64,000 bases of DNA from an uncultured Chthonomonadaceae bacterium (GTDB taxonomy: Bacteria; Armatimonadota; Chthonomonadetes; Chthonomonadales; Chthonomonadaceae): positions 32,001-96,000 of the forward strand of contig CAWIEK010000022.1 in assembly GCA_963835065.1 (NCBI GenBank), in the 5' to 3' direction. Every line of letters starts with the position of its first letter. The first letter of the stretch is position 1. The translations under genes were made by a program, and so were the position numbers. Under the pieces are notes generated by a model. The model saw only the letters and a program-made list of their open reading frames with translations. It was not told where the DNA came from and made no database searches. Below, one piece after another: positions 9,479 to 19,601 of the stretch.

Positions 9479-10115
9479 CTTCGCTTCCTTTTAAGTAGAT
9501 TTTGGCTGCGTTCAAAACGGTGGTAACGAAGTGATTGCCTTCCTCCGCTTTATGCGCAAACTCCTGCCAGGTGAACAGCGTGGGATTGACCGGACGCCGC
9601 AGTTGCTTTTCCGCTTCACGTAAGGCCGGGGCTAACTCCACGAGGCGCAACTCTCCGATAAGCATCAGGTCAATGTCACTGGCGGACGTTTCCTCATTTC
9701 GCGCGAACGAGCCATAAACGAAGGCAAATTCCGTTTGCGTCCAATAAGGTTGAAGTATCTCCTGTAAAACGTCCGCAACACCAACGGTTTTTATAAGCAA
9801 CCCGCGCAGTTCCGGCAGTATAGGGCACTGAGCGTCGGGTTGGTAGTAAACCCTGTTGCCGTCCCGACGACTTACAAGTATGCCTGCTTCCACCAGGGAG
9901 AACAATTCCCGTTGCAAACTTGACGGCGTGACATGCAGATAATGCGTCAGGTCGCTCATGTACCACCAGCGCTCAGGATGCAAAATGGTGGCTGCAAGAA
10001 CAGATTGGCGCGTCTTCGGCATCAAACTATCCAAAAGGAGGGTTGTACGCATATTGCGTACATTATTACGCAAATTGTGTAAAAGCGCAAGGTGAAGTTT
10101 ATACTTTTCACTCAC
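9384..10115 (-). CDS. wHTH + minimal nucleotidyltransferase (MNT) antitoxin-like protein
   Basis: N-terminal winged helix (SSLQRELFSLVEAGIL...GNRVYY) plus YGSFARNEETSASDIDLMLIG (GSx10DxD). Start probably near 10052. Confidence 0.8.
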   Translation of the reverse strand: MSEKYKLHLALLHNLRNNVRNMRTTLLLDSLMPKTRQSVLAATILHPERWWYMSDLTHYLHVTPSSLQRELFSLVEAGILVSRRDGNRVYYQPDAQCPILPELRGLLIKTVGVADVLQEILQPYWTQTEFAFVYGSFARNEETSASDIDLMLIGELRLVELAPALREAEKQLRRPVNPTLFTWQEFAHKAEEGNHFVTTVLNAAKIYLKGSEDELVTALSRQKSENACHQFSGTDRASGGSGA

Positions 10116-10126
10116 TTCTGATGGCT

Positions 10127-13100
10127 CTACTCCACATACACAAACTCGTTCAGGCCGAATAAGGTTTGGCAGAAGTCTGTCAGGGCGAGTTGGGATGCGT
10201 TGTTTTGGCCTTGCGCCTGATAGGAAGCGGCTTGCTGCTGTAGAAAGGTGAGCGCGTCGGTCAGTTCCACATTGGAGGGGGCGCGGCTCAGGGCGAGCAG
10301 GTACGCGGCACGGACGGCTTCAGCGGGGGGTGTTTGCTCGGTGGGCGCGGCGCGATTGGCGAACTGCATAGCATACCGGCGCACATTCGGGCTGTTCATC
10401 AGCATCAGGGCTTGCGGGGCAACAGTTGTCACCTGCCGCGCGCCGATGCTTTGCAGCGAATCGGGGCCGTCGAACAGGCGCAGGGTGGGAATCAGGCGGC
10501 TGCGCTTGATGGTGAAATAGATGCTGCGGCGCGTCATACCCTCGTCCAGCGTTCCCGGCCCGAACAGGCTTGCGTCCAGCAGGCCGGCAACACTGAGCAT
10601 ATTGTCGCGGACGATTTCGGCTTCCATGCGCTGACGCGGGTGCCGCCAGACGAGTTTATTATCCGGGTCGAGTTTCAGTTTCTTCGGGTCGGGCAGGGAG
10701 GATTGGCGATACGCCGCGCTGCACAGCATCAGCTTGTGGAGCGGCTTGAGCTGCCAGTTGTTTCTAATCAATTCACTCGCAAGCCAGTCCAGCAGTTCGG
10801 GATGCGTGGGCTTGTCGCCCTGTGTGCCGAAGTCGCTTGGCGTGGAAACGATGCCCCTGCCGAAATGGTGCTGCCACAGCCGGTTGACGATTACGCGCGC
10901 CAATAACCCGCCCGCGCCATTGTCCACATCCGTCATCCAACTGGCGAGCGAACGTCGGCGGTACGAGGTATGCCAGCCCTGCGGCGGCGCGGTTTGCCAG
11001 CGTTTTTCGTCCACGCCGTCGCGCATCAGGACTTGCAGAAACGACTGCGTTGCAATTCCCTGCTTCTGGTTCGGGTCGCCGCGCTTGAGGAAATACGTTT
11101 GCTCCAGAAAGTCGCCGCCCTGCGTGTGCGTCCGAATGGCCGTCACGCCCTCGCTGCACACCATCACTTTTTCGATACGCGGTTTGGGCACAAACGCGAG
11201 ATGCTCCTGTACGGCCTTGTTCCGCGCCTGCCATCCCGCATCCTGCGTTCGATACCAGGCAAGCAGCGCGGCCCGATCCTGTTCCCCAATGGTTTGTCCG
11301 GCATGAAGCGCTGTCAACGCGCTGTCTGCCTGTGAAGGCCGAACGGGCGCGTTCAAGGCAAGCGGGGTTTCCCCATCCGCCAGTGACAGGCGCAACCGCC
11401 CGATATTATGGCCCGTGTTGTTCTCGAATTTGAGCGTAAAGGTCAAAAGCGCGCCGCCTGAGAAATCAATGGGCGCGTCAAAGACAAATGCCGCCGCATG
11501 ATCCTTGCCGAACTGTGGATCAATCGCCCAGGCGGATTTAGGGTCAGCGTCAATTGTGGCGGTAATGGGCAGTCCCTTTTGCTCAAAAGTGGCGCGGGGC
11601 AAACGGAGTTTTACCTCGGTTGCCGCTGCGTTGCCGTCACTCGGCTTTGCCGTCACGCGCAGGTCGGTCAGGGCGAAGTTTCCGTTGGGCGCGCGTCCGG
11701 GTCCGCCTTTCACCAGGGATGGATCCGCCAGCGCTTCCAGCCGAAAACCCGTGATGTGTTTCAGGCCGGCGCGAACCACGATGGTATACGTATCGAAGTC
11801 GGGGTTTTTGCCCGTTGCCAGCAGGGAACCGTCCGGCTGTGGAACGAACGCCGCGCCCCCGGCGGAATTGGCGCTGACCGTTTCCGGCAAATGCCAGGCA
11901 ATCGGCAGGTTTTTACTCGCGGGGCTTTTGATCCACGCTTCCAGCTTTTGCGGCAACTGTTCGCGTTCGTAGCGCGTCAAGTCTGCGGCAAGCGGGGCGT
12001 GTTCCTGATCGAACTTGGTTTTCGCCTGCTTGTAACCTTCCGGGTCCATGTCCACATCCATGTCGCTGCGAACGGTCGTGGTGAAGGTGGACAGCAGGCG
12101 GTAATAATCCTGATTGGGAATGGGGTCGTACTTGTGGTTGTGGCAGCGGGCGCAGCCGACAGTCAGGCCGAGCATGGCAACGCCCGTCGTCGCCGTCATG
12201 TCGTCAAGTTCGTCGTAGCGCTCTTTTTCCACCTGATTTTTCGTGATCTGTGTGGCGTGCGTACCCGCGCCGAGAAAGCCGGTCGCCATCAATGCTAGCG
12301 GGTTTTCGGGCGCGATTTCATCCCCGGCAAGCTGCCACTGCACGAATTGATTGTACGGCATATCCGCGTTAAGCGCCTTGATGACAAAATCGCGGTAGTG
12401 GTAGGCATACGGGCGGTCATAATCCTGCTCGTAACCGTGACTTTCGGCAAAGCGGGCCAAATCCAGCCAGTGCCGCCCCCAGCGTTCGCCATAGTGCGGG
12501 CTTGCCAGCAGGCGATCCACCATCCGCTCGTAAGCGTCAGGGGTTGTGTCACCCACAAACGCCTGTACCTCTTCGGGCGTGGGCGGCAGGCCAATCACAT
12601 CAAAATAGGCGCGGCGAATCAGCGTCCGCTTATCGGCCTGCGAGTTGGGCGCAATGCCTGTTGTCTCTAATTTACTGAGAACAAAGCGGTCTATAGGATT
12701 GCGACACCAGCCGGAATTTTTAACGGATGGCGCAGGCGTTCGCTTCAAGGGCTGAAACGCCCAATGTCTGCGTCCTGCCGTAAGGTCCATGCCGCTCGCC
12801 GCAGCCGGAGGGTTCGCGCCCGGAGTTTTGCCGTTTGCAGCCTTGTCGCCTGCGCGGGGGTCGGGAGCGCCGCGCTTCACCCACTCCGCTAATAGCGCGA
12901 TTTCCTTTTCCGATAATTTCCCCGTCGGCGGCATGGCGGCAACACCGGGCTTGTGCTGCACGGCCTGTAGAAGCCGGCTTTTCTCCGGTTCCCCCGGCAC
13001 AATCACCGCCCCATTCGCGCCCCCCTGCATCCATCCCGCCCGCGTGTCCAAACGCAAGCCGCCCTGCGGCGTAGTGCGTTTTGGCGGAATGGCAGGCATA

Positions 13101-13246
13101 GCACTTTTCCGCCAAAAGCGGACGAATGTTCTGCTCAAAGAAATTGGCGCATTTTGTGGCTCAAGGGGCGCGTTCTGCGGAACAGCTGTAGTTGAGACTG
13201 TCAACAGCAACGCAGATGTTGTAAACAGGAGTGAAGTTAATTTCAT
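10127..13246 (-). CDS. PSCyt1/DUF1549/DUF1553 (planctomycete cytochrome C, PSD1) protein
   Basis: HWAFQP, NPIDRF, YGERWGRHWLD, CARCHNHKYDP, VNRLWQHHFGRGIV, PTHPELLDWLA. The N-terminal CYACH lies in another frame (12720..13115), implying compensating indels near 13075-13150. Confidence 0.9.
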   Translation of the reverse strand: MKLTSLLFTTSALLLTVSTTAVPQNAPLEPQNAPISLSRTFVRFWRKSAMPAIPPKRTTPQGGLRLDTRAGWMQGGANGAVIVPGEPEKSRLLQAVQHKPGVAAMPPTGKLSEKEIALLAEWVKRGAPDPRAGDKAANGKTPGANPPAAASGMDLTAGRRHWAFQPLKRTPAPSVKNSGWCRNPIDRFVLSKLETTGIAPNSQADKRTLIRRAYFDVIGLPPTPEEVQAFVGDTTPDAYERMVDRLLASPHYGERWGRHWLDLARFAESHGYEQDYDRPYAYHYRDFVIKALNADMPYNQFVQWQLAGDEIAPENPLALMATGFLGAGTHATQITKNQVEKERYDELDDMTATTGVAMLGLTVGCARCHNHKYDPIPNQDYYRLLSTFTTTVRSDMDVDMDPEGYKQAKTKFDQEHAPLAADLTRYEREQLPQKLEAWIKSPASKNLPIAWHLPETVSANSAGGAAFVPQPDGSLLATGKNPDFDTYTIVVRAGLKHITGFRLEALADPSLVKGGPGRAPNGNFALTDLRVTAKPSDGNAAATEVKLRLPRATFEQKGLPITATIDADPKSAWAIDPQFGKDHAAAFVFDAPIDFSGGALLTFTLKFENNTGHNIGRLRLSLADGETPLALNAPVRPSQADSALTALHAGQTIGEQDRAALLAWYRTQDAGWQARNKAVQEHLAFVPKPRIEKVMVCSEGVTAIRTHTQGGDFLEQTYFLKRGDPNQKQGIATQSFLQVLMRDGVDEKRWQTAPPQGWHTSYRRRSLASWMTDVDNGAGGLLARVIVNRLWQHHFGRGIVSTPSDFGTQGDKPTHPELLDWLASELIRNNWQLKPLHKLMLCSAAYRQSSLPDPKKLKLDPDNKLVWRHPRQRMEAEIVRDNMLSVAGLLDASLFGPGTLDEGMTRRSIYFTIKRSRLIPTLRLFDGPDSLQSIGARQVTTVAPQALMLMNSPNVRRYAMQFANRAAPTEQTPPAEAVRAAYLLALSRAPSNVELTDALTFLQQQAASYQAQGQNNASQLALTDFCQTLFGLNEFVYVE

Positions 13247-13514
13247 TATTCTAGCATTCAGTTCAGGAGATTGCGCCAGCGGATCACACCGTGGAGAATT
13301 TGTGTATCATTGTGTCAGTATATCATAAACCGTTCATAACAGGCGACAGTCAGGCGAATGTGAGGACCGTTCTGAATGTTGAGAGGGCGTGACAGCATGT
13401 AATCGGGGAGGCAGTCACCACATTCATCATGTCAAGAAAGCGCTTGCGTAGCGGGTCACAGTCCGCGCGTAGATTGGACATCTCAAAAACTACGCATGGG
13501 CTACTTCGGGTTAT

Positions 13515-14338
13515 TTATTCTACAGTGAGTTGGAGCAATTCTTCTTCTACTTGATGAATGTCGTGCTGCAGTCGTTCGCTTTGTAATTTCAAAACCACTC
13601 CAGTTGCCGGGTTCAAATTAGTAAGAAGCGCATCATTAACAGCCGTATACTGTTTAAGGAACAGTGAGAGCCGCTCTTGCAGCGCTTTTTGTTGAACTGC
13701 TGAGAGACGTGAAGTTTTTTTGGAAGCTGTAGTGGAAGGCGGAGCAGTAAAAAGGGAACAGGGACTGTTTTGCCAGATATCAGCAATATGTTCCACTGAG
13801 AGAGCTAATCCCGTTTTGCCATCGCCGTAGCGATGACTGACGACTCCGATGACAGCGCCGGATGACTCGTGTATCACCGGCGCTCCACTGTACCCAGGCT
13901 GCAGGTTGAAGGCATCGAGGATGCTTAAGTCCCACGCGCGAACGGTACTGTCCTGATTTGTTGTGACTAATCCAATCTGCCCGCCTAGTGCACTGTGCAA
14001 AGGCGGCAAAGGAACGGCGAAAACTCTGAAATCCCATGCTCAGAAACGTATCGCCCGTTTGGCCGGTGCGCTGCAACCTGAAACACGGCTTTTCTGTCAA
14101 TCCCTCCACGCGCAGAACAGCCAGGTCGGGGAAGCCGTCTTGACCTATGGCGACTATGGTGGCGGGTAGTCCCGCCACCTTTATCTGTGTTTCACCACCG
14201 ACCGCCGCGATGACATGGGCACAAGTTACAATATAGGTCGCCTGCCCATCATGGCAGACGAGGAAACCCGTGCCGAATCCGTGCGATTTGGCTTCCTGGC
14301 TGCCAATAAACGAAAGAGGAGAAAAAGTCAGGCTTCAT
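13515..14338 (-). CDS. Trypsin-like serine protease with C-terminal helical (EAD-like) domain; two frameshifts
   Basis: GFGTGFLV...IVTCAHV (His, read at about 14215-14285), PDLAVL (Asp), PGYSGAPV (Ser), spread over three frames. Confidence 0.75.
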
Positions 14339-14374
14339 AATAATGTTTCCGGCAGCTTTGCGTAACAGGGTGGC

Positions 14375-14691
14375 TTATGGTATTGACAGGGGTTTGATAA
14401 TGAGCTTGACTTTCAAGTTGGCTCCTGCCTTTGACTTTGTTACATACAGATTTCCATCCAATCGAAGATCAAGTTAAATTCGACTTCGGCTTGTTCAATA
14501 TGCATCTCCTTGTTGAGTTCGTTCCAGGTGTTGATGATGGGGCGGCAAATTTTGATCAGGGCAGGACGGATAGCATCAACAGTTTCGTCTATTTTGGTAG
14601 CGAAACCTCCCGCCACGGGCGTTGCCTGATCGTCAGGAACATCAACCTCTACCAGAGTGTCGTCTTGCAGGCGAATCAGTGTGACAGCCAT
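14375..14691 (-). CDS. Trypsin-co-occurring domain 1 (Trypco1/CU044_2847-like) protein; frameshift near 14455
   Basis: LVEVDVP...IEQAEVEFNLIFD, continuing in a shifted frame as GNLYVTKSKAGANLKVKLIIKP*; directly upstream of the trypsin gene. Confidence 0.7.
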
Positions 14692-14714
14692 TAACTTCTC
14701 CTTGAAGGCAGCGC

Positions 14715-16502
14715 TTACTTGCCGCCTTTTGCGGTGGGAATTTGCGTGGACGGTTTCATAGCAATATCTTCCGCCCATTTTGCCGGTAAAAACGTGAGCG
14801 TGTCAAAAGATACAAAAAGATTGCCCTGCGAAAGCAATGTCGTGTATCCAGGATGCTGTTGCGGTTCCAAAAACACGTAGGGCACGTCTATTAGGAATCC
14901 CAGGTCATTCGTCCCGGATAATGCGAACGTTTGTGGGGTTGCCGAAGACAAGTCGGGACGAAAGCCATAGTCTATCGCAAGATTTTGCATGGGCTTAGAA
15001 AGCAGGAACCCGATGAAGGCATCTGTAGACTGGCGTGTTGATACGGACCAATCTCCATAAAGGCTGGCAGCCGAGATAGGTACATCCAGTGTAGGATTAG
15101 GATAAACGACGCGCAAGTTGACGTTATCATGGCTTTTAAAATACATAAAAGCATCGGATTTATAGCCGATAACGACATCTGCCATTCCCGCGTTTTGCCC
15201 CGCGCTATTCGCCGCAAACGGGGTATTGACCTGAGCGTTGTCTGTTACATTGGCGAAATCCTGTATGAATTGCAGTAGCCCCTTATCTTTGAAGGTAACG
15301 CCAGGATGTCGGCGCTCGTATTCGGATACTATCAGCACAAGCGCAGCAAGACCTGCGTGAAATTTGACGGGATCGGCCATGAAGATATGGCATGGTTGAC
15401 CGGCATAGATCGGATCAATTACTTTCCATGTGTTCAGAACAATATCGTGAAGCAACTGCCATGTGTTGCCCTGATACTGTGATTCAACCATCTGGTTGAA
15501 TTTCTCTGCCCGGTCAGCAGGCACAACCAATACGAGACGCGAATGGAGAAGCGTTCGAGCGCTGCTTAGATTGACAATATCTATGGGCTGATTGAGTACT
15601 TTGGGATCTCTCCAGTCCCTATTTAATTTGCCGATCCAGTAGTTATCGTCCGGGCAGTAAAGCGCGGGACGCCCCTGGGTCTGGTAGCTGAGACCCTTTC
15701 CACTGTGAGTGATGATGTTTTCTTTATAGAGAATGCATTGCTTGCCATCTCGTGAGCCATAGGGTACAATGCTGCCGGGCAATTGCTGCCCCATATTCCG
15801 AAAACTATCCGCAGCCTGCTCCATCCACGCTTGCGAACTATCCGAGCAGAAGGCCAGTGGGTTCGTTTCTACATGAACTACGCTGTCTGTCGCATAGTTC
15901 GCCGGAATAACTGGCGTGGGAGGCTCATGCGAGACTCCCAGCACCAGCAAAATGCTGCAAACTGCAGAAAACAGGATAAATAAGTGTGTATAGGTGTTGT
16001 TGGAAACACCGGTTTTAGTATGAGTGGATATCCCGGGTGGGTACGGTAATTCACCTCCCGGCGGCGGAATTGATTTTCGGGTAGCGAGTTCCCGATGTAT
16101 AGCGTCCTGCAAGGATTCTGCATTTAGAATAGAAGGACATATCGCTGCATTAGGACACGCAGAAACGAACATGTCAACTTTATTCAGAACCTCTTTAATA
16201 GTCAACGTACCTGCATCTGTTTTTATACTTAGTGTGGCGACGAATCGTTGTTTCAAATCGTCGTATTCCATCTCATCTTGAAGCAACAATTCATCAAGAC
16301 GTGCCTGTTCGGACTTGATTTGTTCCTCGAATTCTGTTATTTGGGCGGACAATGTTTCTATGACAACAGCGTCAGTAGACAGCAGGCGTCTACTATATAA
16401 TTTAGTCAATACTCTTAATTTGAACTCAAGAGATTGATGTAGATTATGTTTTTCATGCTCTCGTTGTTGATATGAAGTGTTCCGTAACATGGTCATTTCC
16501 AA
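14715..16502 (-). CDS. Membrane-anchored protein: N-terminal helical hairpin, single TM, extracytoplasmic solute-binding-protein-like domain
   Basis: TM LFILFSAVCSILLVLGV; SBP-like motifs SRLVLVVP, ADPVKFHAGL, VVYPNPT, FIGFLLSKPMQNLAIDYGFRP. Confidence 0.6.
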   Translation of the reverse strand: MEMTMLRNTSYQQREHEKHNLHQSLEFKLRVLTKLYSRRLLSTDAVVIETLSAQITEFEEQIKSEQARLDELLLQDEMEYDDLKQRFVATLSIKTDAGTLTIKEVLNKVDMFVSACPNAAICPSILNAESLQDAIHRELATRKSIPPPGGELPYPPGISTHTKTGVSNNTYTHLFILFSAVCSILLVLGVSHEPPTPVIPANYATDSVVHVETNPLAFCSDSSQAWMEQAADSFRNMGQQLPGSIVPYGSRDGKQCILYKENIITHSGKGLSYQTQGRPALYCPDDNYWIGKLNRDWRDPKVLNQPIDIVNLSSARTLLHSRLVLVVPADRAEKFNQMVESQYQGNTWQLLHDIVLNTWKVIDPIYAGQPCHIFMADPVKFHAGLAALVLIVSEYERRHPGVTFKDKGLLQFIQDFANVTDNAQVNTPFAANSAGQNAGMADVVIGYKSDAFMYFKSHDNVNLRVVYPNPTLDVPISAASLYGDWSVSTRQSTDAFIGFLLSKPMQNLAIDYGFRPDLSSATPQTFALSGTNDLGFLIDVPYVFLEPQQHPGYTTLLSQGNLFVSFDTLTFLPAKWAEDIAMKPSTQIPTAKGGK

Positions 16503-16553
16503 GACGCGCTTCGCATGCGTTACAGTTGATTGGCGAATGAAGGCATTGCTGTC

Positions 16554-18302
16554 TTACATCTGACGCGGACTCACGGATGGGTCGCGGTCGGAGTAAGCAG
16601 GAGCATCCAATTCACTTATGTCCAGACCGATGTCTTCATGAGGCGCTTCGGAGCGAATGCCGCCGGGAAGCTTGAACAGCTTGCGCCAGCAGGCATTTTG
16701 CAGCCGAAAGAACAGGTAAGCAGCGCCGAACGCCCAAACAAAACTCACGACGCAACTGATCACTTGCGCTCCTAATTGCCCCCAATCGCCATATATCGCG
16801 CCGGTTACGCCCAAATTGGAATGACCGAGGTAAGTTTTGTCGCCGACGCCATTCCAGTTCACTCCATACGTGCCATCCGCAAAAAGACCTACGGAGAGTA
16901 GTCCCCACAGGCCACAGACGCCATGCACGGCAACGGCCCCTACAGGATCATCCACCTTTTTTTGTTCTATAAGGCGACAGGCGATGCAGACCAGAACGCC
17001 CGCAATCAGTCCAATGAGAACTGCAAAGGGTGCGTTTACAAAGGCGCAGGGCGCGGTGATGGCGACCAATCCTGCCAGCATCCCGTTCGCGCACATGGCA
17101 GGATTAGGTTTTTTGTAAATGGACCACCAGTAAGTCATTGCCGCGATAGTGCCGCCTGCCGAAGCCAGCATGGTATTTGTCGCGATAACTCCGATACGCA
17201 ATGCCCCCCCGCCGGACGCGCCCAATGTCGAACCTGGATTGAACCCAAACCATCCGAAGGCAAGTACCAGCGTACCCAACAAGGCCATTGGCAAATTATG
17301 CGGTCGAAACTCCGCTGAGGCAGTCTCTTTTGAAACACTCTCGCCATTCTCACCGGTGTGATCGGCAGTTTTGTTATCAAACCGCCCGCGTCGCGGTCCG
17401 AGTACAATGGCTCCTGCGAGCGCTGCCCATCCCCCAACGGCATGCACAACGCCGGAACCGGCAAAATCTACCGCGCCATGTCCCAACGACAGACCATGCC
17501 CCTGCGCCCATGTGCCTAAATTTGCAAGCCAACCGCCTCCCCATACCCAGTGCCCGTAAAGCGGATAAAGGAACATAGACGCGAACAGGGCATAGCCTAC
17601 AAAGGCTGAAAAACGCCAGCGCTCCGCCATAGCGCCAGTTGGGATGGTAGCCATCGTATCCATGAAGACCATCTGAAACAGGAACATCGTGAATACGCCA
17701 ACATCATAGAAGTTAACGGACAGAAAGAAACCATGCGTTCCCACAAGGCCATGAAAGTCTGGCCCTGCCAGTGGATGAATGCCCCCAAGGCTGGCGGGCG
17801 GCGCTCCCATTCCGCCAAACATCAAGGCAAAGCCCACGGCCCAGAAACCTAGGATACATAGCGGATATACAATAAGGTTTGTCATGAAGACATGCGTTGC
17901 GTTTCTCGCGCGGCAAAGGCCACACTCCAGCAACGCGAAGCCCACCTGCATGAACATTACCAGATACCCGGTCACCAGGGTCCAAACAATGTTAATGGCG
18001 ATTCGATTTTGACCTACAGCATCGGAAAGGGCTGCCGCTAAGGGTTCACTGCTCCCTTTATTCCGCCAGGCGTCTGAGGACGTGAGGGCTGTGCCATCTG
18101 CGTTCAGAACATCATCATGATTGCCTGTAACGCTTCCCCCAGGATCACCGGTGAAATTGCCTTTTGCCGCGCCTTGCGCCGTTCCTGTTACAGGAACGCA
18201 CAGGAACAGCAAAGTCCAGAATAAGGCTATCATCATTAGGACAGGACGAAACATGTGGCGCGGCAATATGTCGGCATGTTTCACACACGGCAAGCCTTTC
18301 AT
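16554..18302 (-). CDS. amt: Ammonium transporter (Amt family)
   Basis: FMQVGFALLECG, GAMAERWRF, DFAGSGVVHAVGG, FGWFGFNPGS, DDPVGAVAVHG. Confidence 0.95.
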   Translation of the reverse strand: MKGLPCVKHADILPRHMFRPVLMMIALFWTLLFLCVPVTGTAQGAAKGNFTGDPGGSVTGNHDDVLNADGTALTSSDAWRNKGSSEPLAAALSDAVGQNRIAINIVWTLVTGYLVMFMQVGFALLECGLCRARNATHVFMTNLIVYPLCILGFWAVGFALMFGGMGAPPASLGGIHPLAGPDFHGLVGTHGFFLSVNFYDVGVFTMFLFQMVFMDTMATIPTGAMAERWRFSAFVGYALFASMFLYPLYGHWVWGGGWLANLGTWAQGHGLSLGHGAVDFAGSGVVHAVGGWAALAGAIVLGPRRGRFDNKTADHTGENGESVSKETASAEFRPHNLPMALLGTLVLAFGWFGFNPGSTLGASGGGALRIGVIATNTMLASAGGTIAAMTYWWSIYKKPNPAMCANGMLAGLVAITAPCAFVNAPFAVLIGLIAGVLVCIACRLIEQKKVDDPVGAVAVHGVCGLWGLLSVGLFADGTYGVNWNGVGDKTYLGHSNLGVTGAIYGDWGQLGAQVISCVVSFVWAFGAAYLFFRLQNACWRKLFKLPGGIRSEAPHEDIGLDISELDAPAYSDRDPSVSPRQM

Positions 18303-18684
18303 AGCTGTTTTCCTTGAAAATTATGGATAATCGAGCAAGACAGAGAATACAGGCTTCCTGTTAAACACAAAGATTTCGTCAGTAAGCCTTGTTTAGGATT
18401 ATCGCAGGTAAGCCTGCCGCCATTACTATTATGCAAATAATTCTCATTTCCTTCATTCCTATACAAATTTACAATAAAATTTTAGAGTGAAAATAGTCAC
18501 GCCATTGGTCTACAACATTGTCAGGGAGATTGTGTGAGATGGATACGTAATGGTGATTATAGCAGGAGGCAGAAGTGGATACAGGAGGAGGGCAAATATA
18601 TCTGCAAAGTGAAATTGAAGGGGTGAAATGTCCAATGAAAATTCCCTGCCGAGCGTGGAGGCTGGGCAGGGAATTATCATACTA

Positions 18685-19539
18685 CTATTTGCCGACCGCA
18701 AAGGTCAGGGATGCGACGCCATTCGCGGGAATGTTGGAAGCGTCGGTTGAGAAGTTCTGGAACGTGACCTGGCTGGACGCGATGAACTGCGTTTGATCCA
18801 GCACGAAGCCGTTGCCGTAGTTAATGGTCAGGTGCGCGGCGCGTCCGTCGTTGCCCGCGCCGAACGTGGCGGTCACTTTGGAGCCGACGGCGTTTTCGCC
18901 GTTGTTGGGGATTTTGCCCGTGATATTGGTCGGGAACGGCGACACCAGAACGCCGTTGCGTACATAAAAGCGCCCGCTGAAATTGGTCGTCTGTATGGTC
19001 AGGGCGCGGGTTTGCAAGCTGCTCTGGGGCAGGGCGATGGTGTAGTCCGTGCCTTGCACCGGGTCAACGGGCAGGGCGGCGTTCTGCACAATCGCGCCGG
19101 TGGCGTCAATGGTCAGGCCGGAATTGGAAACGCCGTTGACCGCAATGGCCGCGCCGGAAGGATATACGCCGCTCAGGGGCGCGGAGCCGCTCATCACGAC
19201 GGCAAGGGGAGCGCCCGCGCCGACGCTCGCCGACCCACTCGGCACAACGGCGGTGACTTGCTGCCCGTTGACCGCAATCGTCTGCGTGGTTCCGCCCGTT
19301 GGGGGCACGGAAATCAGCGAGGTGGACGTGGCCGCCGCCTGCGCGGTTTTGCCCGTAACGGTGTTGGACGTGCTGACCGGGGTGGTGGAAGAACCGGAAC
19401 TGCATCCGGCCAGCACTCCGGCTCCGAGCAGCAGCGCGCCCGCCTGCGCCAGCAGCGCCTTGCTCAATTTTGCGGTCTTGTTCGTGGCCGTGTTTCGCGT
19501 CGTGGCTGTCATGGTCTTCGTGATTTTCATGGTCTTCAT
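18685..19539 (-). CDS. Putative lipoprotein, Ser/Thr-rich, beta-rich
   Basis: Signal peptide ending in lipobox LAGC; SD gaggag upstream. Confidence 0.7.
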   Translation of the reverse strand: MKTMKITKTMTATTRNTATNKTAKLSKALLAQAGALLLGAGVLAGCSSGSSTTPVSTSNTVTGKTAQAAATSTSLISVPPTGGTTQTIAVNGQQVTAVVPSGSASVGAGAPLAVVMSGSAPLSGVYPSGAAIAVNGVSNSGLTIDATGAIVQNAALPVDPVQGTDYTIALPQSSLQTRALTIQTTNFSGRFYVRNGVLVSPFPTNITGKIPNNGENAVGSKVTATFGAGNDGRAAHLTINYGNGFVLDQTQFIASSQVTFQNFSTDASNIPANGVASLTFAVGK

Positions 19540-19601
19540 GGTGTGTCTGTCTCCTCAACAGGGTTGTTTAAACTGGATTGTTAAAACTAGTTTTGAATGG
19601 C

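Noticed and set aside
8754..18700. Prophage or integrative element at the tRNA cluster
   Set aside because: No integrase, phage genes or duplicated tRNA 3' end seen in the window.
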